Below, piece by piece: positions 13,347 to 27,420 of a stretch of DNA of 64,000 nucleotides; position 1 is the first letter of the stretch, and each line of letters begins with the position of its first letter. Position numbers and translations under genes: made by a program. The notes beneath the pieces were generated by a model. It did no database searches. It was not told the origin of the DNA and saw only the letters and a list, made by a program, of their open reading frames with translations. Source of the stretch: Eledone cirrhosa (Eukaryota); contig OZ024741.1 of NCBI GenBank assembly GCA_964016885.1, positions 292,516,001 through 292,580,000 of the forward strand, given 5' to 3'.

Positions 13347-13515
13347 TCATCATTTAATGTCCATTTTCCATGCTAGCATGGGTTAGATGTGCTGTCCCAT
13401 AACGAGACAAGCCAGATCAGATAGCTCACACTGAACTGATTTTGGCTTGGTTTCTATGGCTGGATGCCCTTCCTAACACTAAATGCCAGTGTGTACTGGG
13501 TGCTTTTTGTACCCA
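13347..13515 (-). mobile_element. SINE family 2 3' fragment
   Basis: catttaatgtcc...ccatgctagcatgggttaga...ggctggatgcccttcctaacac. Confidence 0.65.
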
Positions 13516-13586
13516 GTACATATATATGAATATATATATATATATATATACATACATACATACACACACACACACACGCACGCACG

Positions 13587-13628
<42 letters not shown>

Positions 13629-14164
13629 CATATGAGGGAGTGGATAGTGAAATGTTACATGTATATTTCACCCAAGAGAAATAAAATGTCTATAAGGCAT
13701 TAAAATAGAGAAAGTGGACAGAGGTTGGTGGAGTGCAGGGGTTTGGGAATGACCCTCAGGCCAACACATTGTTATCATTAAATTAGTGACCCATGGCCTA
13801 GGGGAAAGTCATTGGTTTCATCTTTCATCAATGTTTACAATTACTTCTGATTTGACATCATAGAGGTTTAATCAATATGATGCTGGCACTTAATGTATTA
13901 GCACGTCTGCTTCTACTACTATTGTTGCCACCACCACTACTGCTGCTGCTGCTGCTACTACTAGTACTACCACCAGCACCATTAATAGTGTGTCTATCTT
14001 CACTGCAACAACTATTACCATCATGACTACCACCAGGTCATTATATATTGGGAGTATGAGATATAAAGAGGAATAGCTATTAACCTTATGGTCAGAAGTT
14101 CAAGACCCAGGAATTGTATTTGTTCTAATAGGCAAAATAGAAAGTAGACTATATGTTACAGTGT

Positions 14165-14336
14165 ATCATCATCATCATCATCATTGTTTTACGTCCGTTC
14201 TTCCACGCTAGTATGGGTTAGACGGGTTGTCCTGTTGTAGGCAGTGTCCAGTCGGTTCACCCTGTCTTGCTCATACAGGCACTGATTCTGGCTTGATTTC
14301 TACAGCTGGATGCCCTTCCTAACACCAACCTCATTT
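14165..14336 (-). mobile_element. SINE family 2 3' fragment
   Basis: (CAT)n tail, then tttacgtccgttcttcc...ctacagctggatgcccttcctaacaccaacc; near-identical to the first part of 45126-45400. Confidence 0.75.
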
Positions 14337-14595
14337 GTATGTGTTTATATATTATACATACTGTATATAGTTGGAGAGTCTGTAGTGCTGAGACCAAAGA
14401 GACCACAAAGCATAGGAGTACTCAATGCACAGAGATGAATAATGTGTATAGAGATAGGTGTAATCCTGACCGTGGTGCCAAGTGGTTTTGATTTGCGTGT
14501 TCAGCAAGCCTTTTCAAGCCTTGCTGAACACACAAACTAAAACTGCTTGGCTCCGCAGTTGAGATTATACCTATCTATCTCTCTCTCTTTGTGTG

Positions 14596-14648
<53 letters not shown>

Positions 14649-14791
14649 CTATGTGTGTGTATCATCACCATCATATCTCCATTTTTCTATGGTGGTCTGA
14701 GCTGGATGGATAGTTACAGACCATTTCAATACATAATCGGCTCAATTTTTCTTCTAGACAAGTCAGTGTGAATAAATCTCGATCAGTACTA

Positions 14792-15194
14792 TCTATATAT
14801 TACTAAAACTCTGCAATTGCTTGCTTGTCTGTAATGTAATAGAGCCAAAAGGGTGCATAATGGGAAAATACTTTAAGGAAGTTGACCCTGAAATGCGAAT
14901 ACAAATGGAATAAAACAAGTTTTGTGTAAATCAGAGGACGGGTTCCCGAGATATAGGGTTTTTCCGGGTACCTTCATAAATAGAGAGAGAGAGAGAAAGA
15001 GATAGTGGTCGTGAGAGAGTAGATTGAAAGAGAGACATAGAGAGAGGGAGAGGAGACAGAGGAGGAGAATGGAAGAGAGTTGCTGGTGTTGTTGTGTATA
15101 TGTATATATGAGTGTGTGTGTGTGTGTATATATATATATATGTGTATATGTGTGTGTGTATGTCTATGACCAGTCTATATAGATCACAGACACC

Positions 15195-15265
<71 letters not shown>

Positions 15266-15400
15266 GGTCCTTCCAGTTTCATTTCACATTATATAAATGT
15301 CTGTGTATATTTTAATTATTTAAAAATTATTTTTAAGTAAACACGAATTTAAAAAAATTTTTAGAAAGGAACGTGACACAACGGATCACGGCTGGTCTAG
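14792..15400 (+). mobile_element. Probable non-autonomous Helitron
   Basis: A|TCTATATATTACTAAAA start; subterminal hairpin CGTGA...TCACG followed by CTAG at 15397-15400; internal microsatellites. Confidence 0.5.
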
Positions 15401-16789
15401 CATATATTATATGCAAGAGGAAGAGCATCCAGCCATAGAAAATCTGCCACTCAAAGGATCATGAAGACTTCAGCTGTCAAAGGTATGACCACTTCCCCAT
15501 ATGTAAATTATACTCAAAAGGCATTGGCCAACTCAGGGCTGTGTGTAGATAAACATTTACCTAAATTTCCAAATTTTCCATACAGTGGAATCGAAACCAC
15601 ATAGTTAGTTATATAAGAAGTTACTTAACCACACAGCCCTAGCAGCACCCATAAACCCTATATGCATATCCTTGTCTTTTATTATTTTTATGTCTTTGGG
15701 AATATTTATTCTAAACATTATCTCCATAATGCCAGGTATCAATAAAAAGGGACAGCTGGCCATTGTCCACTGTTTAATTCACTTTATAACTATTTGTTCT
15801 CCATGGAACTCATCTGAACTGATCTGATCTGTTAACTTTCATGCTTTGGCTTCTTTTATTTGTCATCATCAAAGGCAGTTTGCCATAGATTAACACCCCA
15901 CCTCCCCCTCCTCATTTTATTTATTTTATTTTTTGGTGCTACTGTTGTAATATTTCAGTTTGGGTTTTCAACAGACTATTCATTTTTTTATTCTAATTTT
16001 TATTTTCAAAGCAACTGCAAAAGGTGTAAAAAAAGTATATTACATTCACTAAAGATGAAAACGAAAAAATATAAAATTATACATATTTTGTAAAAAGAAA
16101 AATATTCTCCCTTAAAATATAAATTTTTTTTTTTGCGTTAAGACCCTAACTTTATTTTGTTTTATTCATATTATTATTATTATTATTTTAAAGGATTTTT
16201 TTTAGATATTTTATAATTTTGTTTTACTGTGTGTGTGTGTTAGTGAAGTTTAATGTGTTATTTTTTTTTCTTGTTTGTTCTACTCTAGCTGTGCAAATTA
16301 CCAGCTTATCCCCCTACACACCATCTAAATAACTGCTGCCACCATCCCCAACAACAACAGCACAAACAAAAATAAATAAATAAAGTAGAAGTTTATTCTT
16401 TGAACCTTTTCATTAAATGGATTAGCAAGTCCCACCCCTCCTCGCCCTCTTCTCCCTCTAACATCTTTCAGGAGAGGGTTTGTTGAGTTCTTTAGAATCA
16501 TTATTCTAACCATAAAAAGCCAATCACCTTCCACAACTACATTACTACCAACATCACTAACAACAACAACAATACAAACAATATTATTATGGTAGTAATT
16601 AGAAATAACAATGATAAGAATCATAACAAAAATAGTGATTGGTTTGTTCTTGCAAACTTTTAATTACTTGATTAACGAGACCCTATTATGCTTTATAATA
16701 ATCCCTTGTATCGTTATTTGTTTTCAAGTTCAAGTTTTGTCAAGTTTTCCTTCCCATCCAGGCATTCTTTGCAGTTTCTTCATCAGCAC

Positions 16790-17197
16790 CATTATCACCA
16801 TTAACATCACTTCCACTATCTCCATCATTACTACCACTAACACTACCATCGACCTCATCAATACCACCACCACCACCTTCATCAACACTAATGCCACCAC
16901 CCTCATCAACGCTACCACCACCACACCCTTCAATGCTACGGCTACCACCCTCATCATTACTACCATCACCACCAACCTCATCATCATTACCACCACCACC
17001 CTCAACACTTCTACCACCACCCTCAACACTACTACCACCACCCCATCATCACCACCACCACCACCACCACTACTACCTTTAATATTACTACCATCAGCAC
17101 CACCACCACCATCATCACTACCAACACCATCACCTCCACTACCAGCATCACTTCTACTCCCACCATCACCTCCACTGCCACCCCCTCCTTCACCACA
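16790..17197. repeat. Imperfect (CAC/CAT)n tract
   Basis: Direct sequence. Confidence 0.9.
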
Positions 17198-17884
17198 AAC
17201 AATATTTTTATATTTGATTTTCAAAGATGATTTATTCTTTGAAATTTCTAAACCTCTTTGCAGCCTGTTCTACTTGCACCTTTTTTACAGGTTTAGGTTT
17301 TGATGAAGAATATTCCACCAGCCATGTGGAACCACCCTAAACCCCCAGCCTGTTCTTTACCCCTCACCATCACAGTTTAGTCTTTGAAACATTTTATTAA
17401 AGAAGTAAAGATCCTTTACACTTCATCATGTTATGCTGATGTTTTTTGTGTTGTTTTTTACTTTGCCTGACCAGTTCTTCTCTAGCCATGCATGACAGAA
17501 CCACTGTAACAACAACATAAAAAAATAAATAAAAAAATACATATAAATGATAAAAGATATCGAACTAAATGGTTTAATGTTCAGAAATTTTAATTAAAGT
17601 ATTACAAGTCACTGGATTGGTTATATTGGGTTGTAAAATTCTCTTCCTAAAGAAACATGCCTGGTTGTCAGGTATATGGCAAGAATATGGTAAAAATCCA
17701 GTGTCAAATTGTTTGGTCATGTGACAATTAAATACAACAATGTATATAAGGACCCATAACTCCTGATGGAATTGTAGCGGTGCAATAGTGATATTTTTAA
17801 ACTAGCCGGGCCCATCCCTCTCCAGATCAAAACATTGTTGATTTCTTCCTTCCATAGAAGGAGAGGAAGAGAGAAAGAAATCAA

Positions 17885-18737
17885 AGGAAAAATTGACCCC
17901 AGTGCTGGACTGGTATTTTTATTGACCTTGAAATTATGAAAAACAAAGTTGACCTTGACAGAATTTGAAATCAGAATACAGAGAGCTGGAATGAATACTG
18001 CAAAGCATTCTATCTAACATTCCAAAGACTCTAATTTGCCACATAAACACAGTTATATATTTTGGAGAGTAGGATCTGTCAATTGTATACTGGGTTTGAC
18101 ATGGCTTCTGTATGTTGTGTCAAAAGCAATCTATCTAGTGGAGTATTTATTCCAAATGAATATTTGTGTGTAGAAAATCTGAACTCTGTAAGCTATAGCA
18201 AAGACAAACCATGTGAAAGGAGAGTAGCCCTAAATAAAAACTTTGTAAAAGGGACACATTTAAGTCCTAACAGATAACATTTTAAGGAATGGTTACTTGA
18301 GAAAATGTACCCAATCCATACTGTAACGTGGTTGGTGATACAAAGAGCATCAATCATATAAAACCAAGCCAAAATTTAAAAAAGTACAGCTAAAAAATAA
18401 TTGTTTCTACTTTAGGCACAAGGCCAGCAATTATCCAGTACATTACTGGTACTTTATTTTATCGACCCCATAAGGATGAAAGGCAAAGTTAACCTCGGCG
18501 GGATTTGAACTCAGACTGTAATGGTTTCTGATTGATGCTCTAGCCAAACAATTTTGTGGGAAGGGAAAGTCATTTAAATCACCCCATGTTCATGACTGGT
18601 GCTTCATTTTATCGACCCCCATTAGGATGAAAGGAAAAGCTAACATCAGTTGGCTTCGAACTCAGAACATAAAGGGCCATAACACTATGCCACAAGGATG
18701 TTGCCTGATCTCTACCAATACTGCCAACCCACCGCCC
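17885..18737 (-). mobile_element. Cluster of SINE family 1 copies (~17885-18043 diverged, 18400-18517, 18522-18737)
   Basis: Repeated ttttatcgacccc...gatgaaagg..aag.taac...gaactcag core. Confidence 0.7.
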
Positions 18738-19164
18738 TAAAAATAAATTAATGAAAGTATTTTTTTATATGATGCATCTGGAGATAAGTTACACCCATTT
18801 CTGTTTATATTTTGGCTTCAATCTTTGATTTCTACATAAGTTGCATATTGCTTTTTGTGAATATTGTTTGCAACTTTACTTGCAGTTGTGTTTAAATAAT
18901 AATATAACTTTGTAATTTACCGATTCAGAGGTAGTACATGTAGTATTTAATGAACATCAGGATTATAGATAGCTGGCAGAGAAAGTGGAAAGCTTGTATA
19001 TATATGACTTAATGAAATTACTAGTCAACACAGACATATTTATTTTATAAGAGAATCAAATTCTGCTTAAGCCGTGGTTATTTTATTATTTTGCACATGA
19101 CATCATCAATAAAGATTTGTTTACAATGCTGATATCTATATATACTAAGTAGTGATGACATGAG

Positions 19165-19430
19165 TAGAGCCATTTAGCCTAGTGGTAAATGTGTTGGATT
19201 TACAATCATAATGTCATGGATTCGATTCCTGGACTGGATTGTGTGCTATGTTCTTGAGCAAAATACTTCATTTCACATTTCTCCAGTATACTCAGCTGTA
19301 AATGAGTACCAGCAATAACTGTGATAGATTGATGTCCTGTCCAAAGGGGAATCTTGAAGTCTCAGCTGCTTAACACAATAGAAACTGGGATAAGTGCTAG
19401 CCTGATGAGCCTTTGAGCTTGAGACAGATT
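19165..19430 (+). mobile_element. tRNA-derived SINE (family 2-related head and core)
   Basis: A-box TAGCCTAGTGG, B-box GATTCGATTCC, cttgagcaaaatactt...actcagctgtaaatgagtacc core. Confidence 0.7.
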
Positions 19431-19759
19431 TTTAGACATGACTAACCTGTGATACATATTCAATCATTTGCCTGTATGTGTGTGCACTCTGTTAAGTTGT
19501 TGTTTAGCCCCAGATCGCTCCAACAAAACCATTAGCATAGCTAAAGTTTGTGCTGCCTGGAAGTCCTTGAGTCACTGTCCCTCTTTCCATGAAAATTACA
19601 ATGTAGTAGATAAAAAATGACGCCATCACCTAAAAGTGCCACCTAGGTTAGAATGCTCTCTCCACCTCTTCTTGATATACTACAAGATCAAATAAATCTG
19701 TAATAAAAAAAAAACTATTCCACGATTAAATATCTCAATAATTGATTTCCAGACAATTT

Positions 19760-20090
19760 CTCAGCTCCCATGACTTTCGGAAACATTTTTTCACGCTTAG
19801 AGTTGCTGAAGCATGAAACAAACTACCTGCATCAGTTGTTAGCTGCGGAGACACTGCATCCTTTAAAACCCTCATGCTTCCCGAAATTCGTCAAAACAAC
19901 ACCTGATGTCCCCATTCCATACACATGCACACATGTGTATATCATGACTCATGCACTGTTCATTTTCCTGACGTTTGTACATTACCCTATGTACTATACA
20001 TACACTTTTAATGAGTTGTAGTGCACCTGAGCACTGTACACAATATTTTCATTATTATTATTATCATTATTATTATTATCATTATTATTA
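19760..20090 (+). mobile_element. 5'-truncated CR1-type LINE 3' end (same family as 21590-24945)
   Basis: Aligns by eye to 24645-24945 (cccatgactttcggaaacatttttt...gtagtgcacctgagcact); ends in an (ATT)n tail. Confidence 0.85.
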
Positions 20091-20473
20091 TATATTTAGT
20101 GAACACAAGCAGTGGTTCAGAAGTTTGATTCCAAACCATGAGGTTTCAAATTCAATACTACTTCATGGTAGCTTTTATCATTGCCCCAGCTTGGAACAAG
20201 GCTTGGGAGGGAATTTGTTGGGTGAGAAAGTCTAAGAGAATGTGAAGAAACTGGTGTCAAAATGATGTTGAGGATGTAAGGGTAGTGATAGCGATGATGA
20301 TAATGATGATGAAAGTCATTCTGATGATGATAGTGAGGATGATGAGACATTTTGATGATGATAATGATGATGATGATAATCATGGTGATGATGGATGTGA
20401 TTATAATGATAGTGATGATTATGATAGTCATGGTGATGATGATAGTCATGGTGATGATGGTAGTGATTATAAT

Positions 20474-20573
20474 TGTTTCTACTTTTGGCACAAGGCCAGC
20501 AATTACCCAGTGCATTACTGGTACTTTATTTTATCGACCCCGTAAGGATGAAAGGCAAAGTTAACCTTGGCGG
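20474..20573 (-). mobile_element. 5'-truncated SINE family 1 with 18-bp target-site duplication
   Basis: GATGGTAGTGATTATAAT at both 20456-20473 and 20574-20591 flanks the SINE core. Confidence 0.85.
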
Positions 20574-20591
20574 GATGGTAGTGATTATAAT

Positions 20592-21545
20592 GATAGTAAT
20601 GGTGATGATAGTCATGGTGATGGTGATGATAGGCATGGTGATGATGATGATAGGCATAGTGATGATGAAGATAGGCATGGTGATGATGATGATGGTCATG
20701 GTGATGATGATGATAGACATGGTGATGATGATGATAGGCATGGTGATGATGAAGATAGGCATGGTGATGATGATGATTGGCATGGTGATGATGATGATGG
20801 TCATGGTGATGATGAAGATGGTCATGGTGATGATGATGAGAGTCATGGTGATGATGATGATAGTCATGGTGATGATGAAGATGGTCATGGTGATGATGAT
20901 GAGAGTCATGGTGATGATGATGATAGTCATGGTGATGATGAAGATGGTCATGGTGATGATGATGATGGTCATGGTGATGATGATGATGGTCATGGTGATG
21001 ATGAAGATAGTCATGGTGATGATGATGATGGTCATGGTGATGATGATGATGGTCATGGTGATGATGATGATGGTCATGGTGATGATGATGATGGTCATGG
21101 TGATGATGATGAGAGTCATGGTGATGATGATGATAGTCATGGTGATGATGAAGATGGTCATGGTGATGATGATGATGGTCATGGTGATGATGATGATGGT
21201 CATGGTGATGATGAAGATAGTCATGGTGATGATGATGATGGTCATGGTGATGATGATGATGGTCATGGTGATGATGATGATGGTCATGGTGATGATGATG
21301 AGAGTCATGGTGATGATGATGATGGTCATGGTGATGATGATGATGGTCATGGTGATGATGAAGATAGTCATGGTGATGATGATGAGAGTCATGGTGATGA
21401 TGATGAGAGTCATGGTGATGATGAAGATAGTCATGGTGATGATGATGAGAGTCATGGTGATGATGAAGATAGTCATGGTGATGATGATATACATGGTGAT
21501 GATGATGACAGGCATTGTGATGATGATAATGATGATGATGATGAT
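20592..21545. repeat. 21-bp minisatellite (gtcatggtgatgatgatgatg)n, about 40 copies, grown out of a (GAT)n tract
   Basis: 7-codon periodicity (VMVMMMM in one frame, GHGDDDD in another). Confidence 0.95.
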
Positions 21546-21589
21546 AGTTATGTTAAACATAGTCATTGTGATGAGGATGAAAATTCTAC

Positions 21590-24500
21590 TGGATCTTCAG
21601 GCATTTGCTGCCAGTTCATCCAAAGACTTGGGCTGTTCTCCCGCAAAGGGTGCTTTATGCCTTGGCCGACCAGGCCCGAAACCCAGACAAATTAGACTGT
21701 TGTTTTTTAACTCAACTGAGGCACACTCATACCTTGTAGCCTCTGATAAAGCTAGGCGTGAAAGTCGGATTGCTTTCCGAACACACCCTGGTCTTCCACC
21801 AGATGTCCACCCAAAGTTGCATGCTGCAGCTTCCTTAAAGCGCAGCTCGGCAGAACATGAAAGCTTCAGCCTACGTGATGATGGGCAGATATGGAAGTTT
21901 GTTAAGGCTGGTGAAACATGGAAAAGAGACACCAGCTGGTCTGAAAATACTGTACCCATAACAACTGACAATAAAGAAACTGAAAAAACTCTGGGAAACT
22001 AAATCAGAACAACCTGCCATCCCCTGCACATAATCATATACTGGAATCAAGGTACAAATTGTTGTCCTTGAATGCACATAGTCTTTGCAATAAGATTCAT
22101 CTTTTTGACTCCTACGTCAAAATTATCAACCCTGACTTCATTACAGTCACGGAAACTTGGGCACATCCTTTACTCTGTGATGGTGTTTTCAGAATAACTG
22201 TTTCGTAAAGACCTGTTTTGTAAAGACCGCATTAATCGTCATGGTGGTGGTGTAATGGTCTACGTTCGGTCAAATTTGTCGGCAATTCCTTGCGTTGATT
22301 TGAACCAATCACAGCAGGAATTTTTTTCTGCGATATACGTATGACCATGTCAACACTGCTACTTGGAGTCGTTTACTGTCCCCCAAATTACCATCAAGAC
22401 ACTCAACTTTGTGATATCCTCAGAGCTGCTGCCAGGAAACCAGCCACTTATGTTTTCATTGCAGCAGACTTCAATCACCCTGAGATTGACTTGACTTCCT
22501 TGAGCTAGTGCTGGACTCGAATTGGTCCCAAGTAGTCACCTGCCCAACAAGAGGTGACAACACTTTGGACCTATTCTTCACCACTATTCCTGAAACGGTC
22601 ATTAGTGTTACTGCTGAGGAACCTTTAGGTGACTGATCAATATATGATCATTGCCAATCTATCCCTCATGGGCAGTAACAATAACGACAACCATCTCCAA
22701 ACTGCTCACTTTGACTGGAATAAAGCAGACTGGAACTGTTACTGCACCGAGTTGCAACGGCCAAACTGGCTTGAGTTCTACGACTCTGGAGATGTCAACA
22801 CTGTACCCCAGAAGATCCTGAGCTCAATATGGACAGCATGTGCAGCATCGGTGCCATGTAAGCAGAAAAAACATCCCAAAAGTGCAATTTGGGTGACTGC
22901 AGCAGTCCGTCTTGCCAGAAAAGAACATCGCAATGCTGAACGTGAGTACAAACTGCACAAATCAGACATCAATAGGAAGAGGCGAATTAGATCGTCCAAC
23001 CACCTCAAACAGGTGACAAAAAAGACAGTGCTTCAATTTGAGCAGCGCATAGCAACCAGCCCTGATAGTAAGGTGTTCTGGAAGTATGTTCACTCAAAGC
23101 AGAGGCCTCACTCTCCAGTTGGTCCTCTTCACAATCCCCACACAAGCCAGGTTACTGACGACCCCAAGGAATGCGCAGAGCTCATTGCTGAATGCTATGC
23201 AGGCATTTTCACTATTGAAGACCAGAGTGTACTGTCTCCACCACCTATGACACCGGATTCTATTACAACCATGGAATTTACACCTGCAATGCTGCGACAT
23301 CACCTAAAAAATAAACGCAACCATGCCTCTCCTGGTCTTGATGGTGTTATGTACAATGCTTCTTAAATGTGGTGAGTACTTCCTTCTGCACCAGTTATCA
23401 CGCTTCTTCCAATTCTGTCTGAACAACGGTGCTACTCCAGAACAGTGGAAAACTGCCAGTGTCATTCCTCTGTTCAAAAAGGGTGACCGCACATCACCTG
23501 GGAACTATCGTCCAGTCAGTCTTACTAGTTGCATTGCCAAACTGATGGAATCCTGTGTCAGAGAAACACTTTGGAACTTCTGGAACTCTCACAGTCTTAT
23601 CCGGCCCTCGCAATTTGGATTTATCCCCAACTCCAGCTGCTGTGATCAACTTATCGAGTTTCTTGAAGACATCACCCGGATCACTGATGGCGGCTCATGG
23701 GTGTATGTTGTTTACCTTCACTTTGTGAAAGCTTTCAATTCTGTGCCACACAAAAGGCTTATGGCAAAACTCTCTGCAATGGGGTGAAGGATGATCTTTT
23801 TAACCGGTTGAAGTCCTTCATTCTCAGTCGAAGAAAGGTAGTCACGGTTCTGGGACAGCATTCCTCACCATATGAGATGTCATCTGATGTACCACAGGGA
23901 TCTGTTCTTGACCCCCTTTTGTTTGTGGCATATATAAATGACATAGATGCCCACTTAAAGAATGCCACAGTACTAAAGTATGCAGATGACATCAAGCTGT
24001 ACCTTGAGATAAAAAGGACAGAGCCTGAACACTATAGATCTTGCTTGCAGTCTGACCTGGACACAATGCAACAATGGATCTCAGACTGGCAACTCAAGCT
24101 AGCTGTGGACAAGTGCACCACCATGCATTTTGGGAGTAAAAACCCAACATCCACATACTCCCTCCACACCACAAATATCAAGAAGTCTTATTGTGAACAT
24201 GACCTGGGCATTACCGTCAGCAGCAATTTTCGTTGGACGAAGCACATCTCTAAAATTGTCAAGAGGGCCGAGGGTGTCTTAGCATCACTCAGCAAGACCT
24301 TTGTCAGCTGCTCTCCAACTATCTATTTAAGTCTGTACATGGCTATGGTGCGGCCACACTTAGAATTTGCATCACCAGTCTGGAACCCCTATCTTGCTCA
24401 GAACATTGACCGCCTGGAAACTGTTCAGAGACGTGCAACCAAGCGAATACCCTCCATCAGGCATCTACCATACTCTGAGCGCCTTGCTTCCCTGGGTATG

Positions 24501-24945
24501 GATACATTGAAGCTCTGACGCCTGGCAACTGACTTGGTAAACACCCACAAAATTGTTAACCATCTTGTCAACAACAACCCTGAGTACCTTTTTGATTTCC
24601 ATGTGTCTAACACATGTGGGCATGCCCACAAAGTCAGAAAACAGCACAGTTCCCATGACTTTCGGAAACATTTTTTCACGCTCAGAGTTGCTAAAGCATG
24701 GAACAAACTACCTGCATCGGTTGTTAGCTGTCGAGACACTGCATCCTTTAAGGCCTCCATGCTTGCCGAGATTTGCCAACACTACACCTAATGTTCCCCC
24801 TCCATACACATACACACATGTATATCATGACTCATACACTATTCACTTCCCTGACATTTGTGTATTATTCTGTGTACTATACATGCTCCTTTGATGAGTT
24901 GTAGTGCACCTGAGCACTTTACACAATAATTTCATTATTATTATA
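21590..24945 (+). mobile_element. CR1-group LINE: 5'-truncated ORF1 plus decayed ORF2 (APE-RT)
   Basis: ORF1 tail LGRPGPKPRQIRL; APE motifs (VTETW, GGGV, DFNH, TRGDNTLDL); RT motifs SPGLDG, VIPLFKKGDR, NYRPVSLTS, QFGF, VPQGSVL, YADD, RPHLEFASPVWNP; 3' GTGC-acctga-GCAC hairpin and (ATT)n tail. Confidence 0.92.
22040..24790 (+). pseudogene. LINE ORF2 endonuclease-reverse transcriptase, multiple frameshifts and stops
   Basis: Split over ORFs 22629-23366, 23323-23787, 23697-24518 and 24534-24791. Confidence 0.9.
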
Positions 24946-25615
24946 TTATGATGATGATTACATTGATGATGTGGTGGTGATGATGATTATATTGATGATG
25001 ACACCAACTCTCTTACTCTCGCTGTCACTGATTTTGATGGGGATGGCGAAGATGGAAGCAGTGATGAAGTTGATGTTGATGATGATGATGATGATGATGA
25101 TGATACAATGCAGCTGCTGTTATCATTGATGGCGAAGAAGATGGCAGTAGTGACAATGGTGATGTTTATGATGATGTCAGTAACTATGATGATGATGGTG
25201 ATGGTAATGATGATGATGGTGGTGGTGGTGGTGGTGGTGGTGGTGGTGGTGATGATGATACAATGCTGCTGCTGTTATTATTGCATGGCGAAGAAGATGG
25301 CAGTAGTGACAATGGTGATGTTTATGATGATGTCAGTAACTATGATGATGATGGTGATGGTGATGATGATGATAATGGTGGTGGTGGTGATGATGATTCT
25401 GAAGGTGATGATGATGATGATGATGATGATGCTGATGATTCTGAAGGTGATAATGATGATGATGATGATAGCGGTGGTGATGATGATGATGATGATTCTG
25501 AAGGTGATAATGATAATGATGATGATTCTGAAGGTGATAATGATGATGATGATGATAGCGGTGGTGAGTATGATAATGATGGTGATGATGGTGATGGTGA
25601 TGATGATGGTGACAA
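24946..25615. repeat. Imperfect (GAT/GGT)n tract with a local ~170-bp duplication
   Basis: 'atggcgaagaagatggcagtagtgacaatggtgatgtttatgatgatgtcagtaactatg' occurs at ~25129 and ~25285. Confidence 0.85.
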
Positions 25616-25929
25616 CAGACTTACATTATTTTATTGATATCAGTTTTATAACTCTCATTGGTATTAGTTTTATAACCTTGCTTCATAAGTCAGTTCTATG
25701 TTGTTCACACACCCCTCATTTATATGTAACTCAGCATTTCATGAAGTGTGTTATTGTTCTCGTTGTTGTTGTTGTCAACTTTCCCTGTATGTGTGTAGTT
25801 TTGTAGTTATAATTGTTGTTGTTGTCATCTGTGTGTGGTGGTGTTGGTGGTGGCAGAGGGGGGGGATTTTTTTTATTGTTGCAGTTGTTGCTGTTATGTG
25901 TGTGTAAAGTGTTGTCATAGAGGTTTTGA

Positions 25930-26086
25930 GTGTGTATGTTGTTATCCTTGTGTGTGTGTGTGTGTGTGTGTATTCATATTGGCGTTGCTGTTGTTGTCAT
26001 TTTGTGTGTGTGTGTATGCGTGTGTATGTGTATATATATATATATATTCATATTGTTGTTGTTGTGGTTGTTGTTGTTGTTATCAT

Positions 26087-26134
<48 letters not shown>

Positions 26135-26269
26135 TATTTTTGTTGTTATCATTGTGCGTGTGTGTGTATATATATATATATATATATTCATATTGGTGTT
26201 GTTGTTATCATTTTGTGTGCGTGTGTGTATATATATATATATTCATATTGGTGTTGTTGTTGTTAACAT

Positions 26270-26308
<39 letters not shown>

Positions 26309-26345
26309 TCATATTGGTGTTGTTGTTGTTATCATTGTGTGTGTG

Positions 26346-26379
<34 letters not shown>

Positions 26380-27050
26380 TATATTGGTGGTGGTGGTGTA
26401 GTGTGTGTATATTGTTGTTGAGGTTTTTAGTGTGTATGTTATTATCTTTGGATGTGTATATTCATGTTGCTGTTGTTGTTGTTGTGTGTATTGTTGTGGT
26501 AGTGGCAGTGTTAGTGGTTTCTATCTGATGTCATATTTCTATAGGAAAACTTTATGGGAAAGAAGAACAACAAGAAGAAAAACATCTAAGGCTGATCAAA
26601 GAGATAAATCCACCATGTGTGTGGTATGTGTGGTGTGTGTGTGGTGTGTGGTGTGTGGTATGTGTGTGGTGTGTGTGTGGTGTATGTGTGGTGTGTGTTG
26701 TGTGGTATGTGTGTGTGTGTTGTGTGTGTGTTGTGTGTGTGGTGTGTGTGTGTGTGTGGTATGTGTGTGGTGTGTGTGTGTGTGTGGTGTGTGTGTGGTG
26801 TGTGTGTGTGTGTGGTATGTGTGTGGTGTGTGTGTGAATATTTGGGGTTTACAAATGTGCTCAATACCAAAGTAGCGAATATAGAGTAGCAACAGAAAGT
26901 AATCTCAACAATGTATATTTATGTGTGTGTGTGTGTGTATGTGTGTTGTGTGTGTGGTGTGTCTGTGTGTGAATATTTGGGGTTTACTAATGTGCTCAAT
27001 ACCAAAGTAGCAAATATAGAGTAGCAACAGAAAGTAATCTCAACAATGCA
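25930..27050. repeat. Compound TG/TA/TTG microsatellite-minisatellite region with an ~80-bp duplicated unit (26836-26915, 26970-27048)
   Basis: Repeating ttcatattg(ttg)n-atcattgtg(tg)n(ta)n units; duplicated gaatatttggggtttac...aatctcaacaatg. Confidence 0.85.
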
Positions 27051-27051
27051 A

Positions 27052-27082
<31 letters not shown>

Positions 27083-27263
27083 TCTATATAAATATGTATG
27101 CATATATATGTTTGTATGTATATTTTATATATATACTGGCAGAATGGGCCAGCGTTGCTCGGGATTTGCTCTTGGGTTCTTATATATTTATCCTTATCGA
27201 GCCTCGTGAAATAAATACGTTTGTTTATATTTTGTTATTGTGTTTGCAAAAATATCTGTACAC

Positions 27264-27309
<46 letters not shown>

Positions 27310-27369
27310 TATATATTAATATATATATATATATGTATATATATCATATATATTAAAATAACAGATTAA

Positions 27370-27420
27370 AGTTTAAGCAAAGAATCGCTGCTTTCACCCT
27401 TAACGGGATCTTCTGAAACT
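27370..27420 (-). ncRNA. Hammerhead ribozyme variant (CAGAAGA core), isolated copy of the PLE-2 3' end
   Basis: Reverse complement of 51194-51244. Confidence 0.65.

Noticed and set aside
16611-17303. Thr/Pro-rich 230-aa ORF (mucin-like)
   Set aside because: Explained by an imperfect (CAC)n tract; both strands are open; no domain or splice evidence.
20473-22002. 509-aa Met/Val-rich ORF
   Set aside because: Chimeric read-through of a SINE, the 21-bp minisatellite and the truncated LINE ORF1 tail.
25108-25806. Asp-rich and Met-rich ORFs
   Set aside because: Degenerate (GAT)n tract downstream of a LINE tail; open frames are expected by composition.
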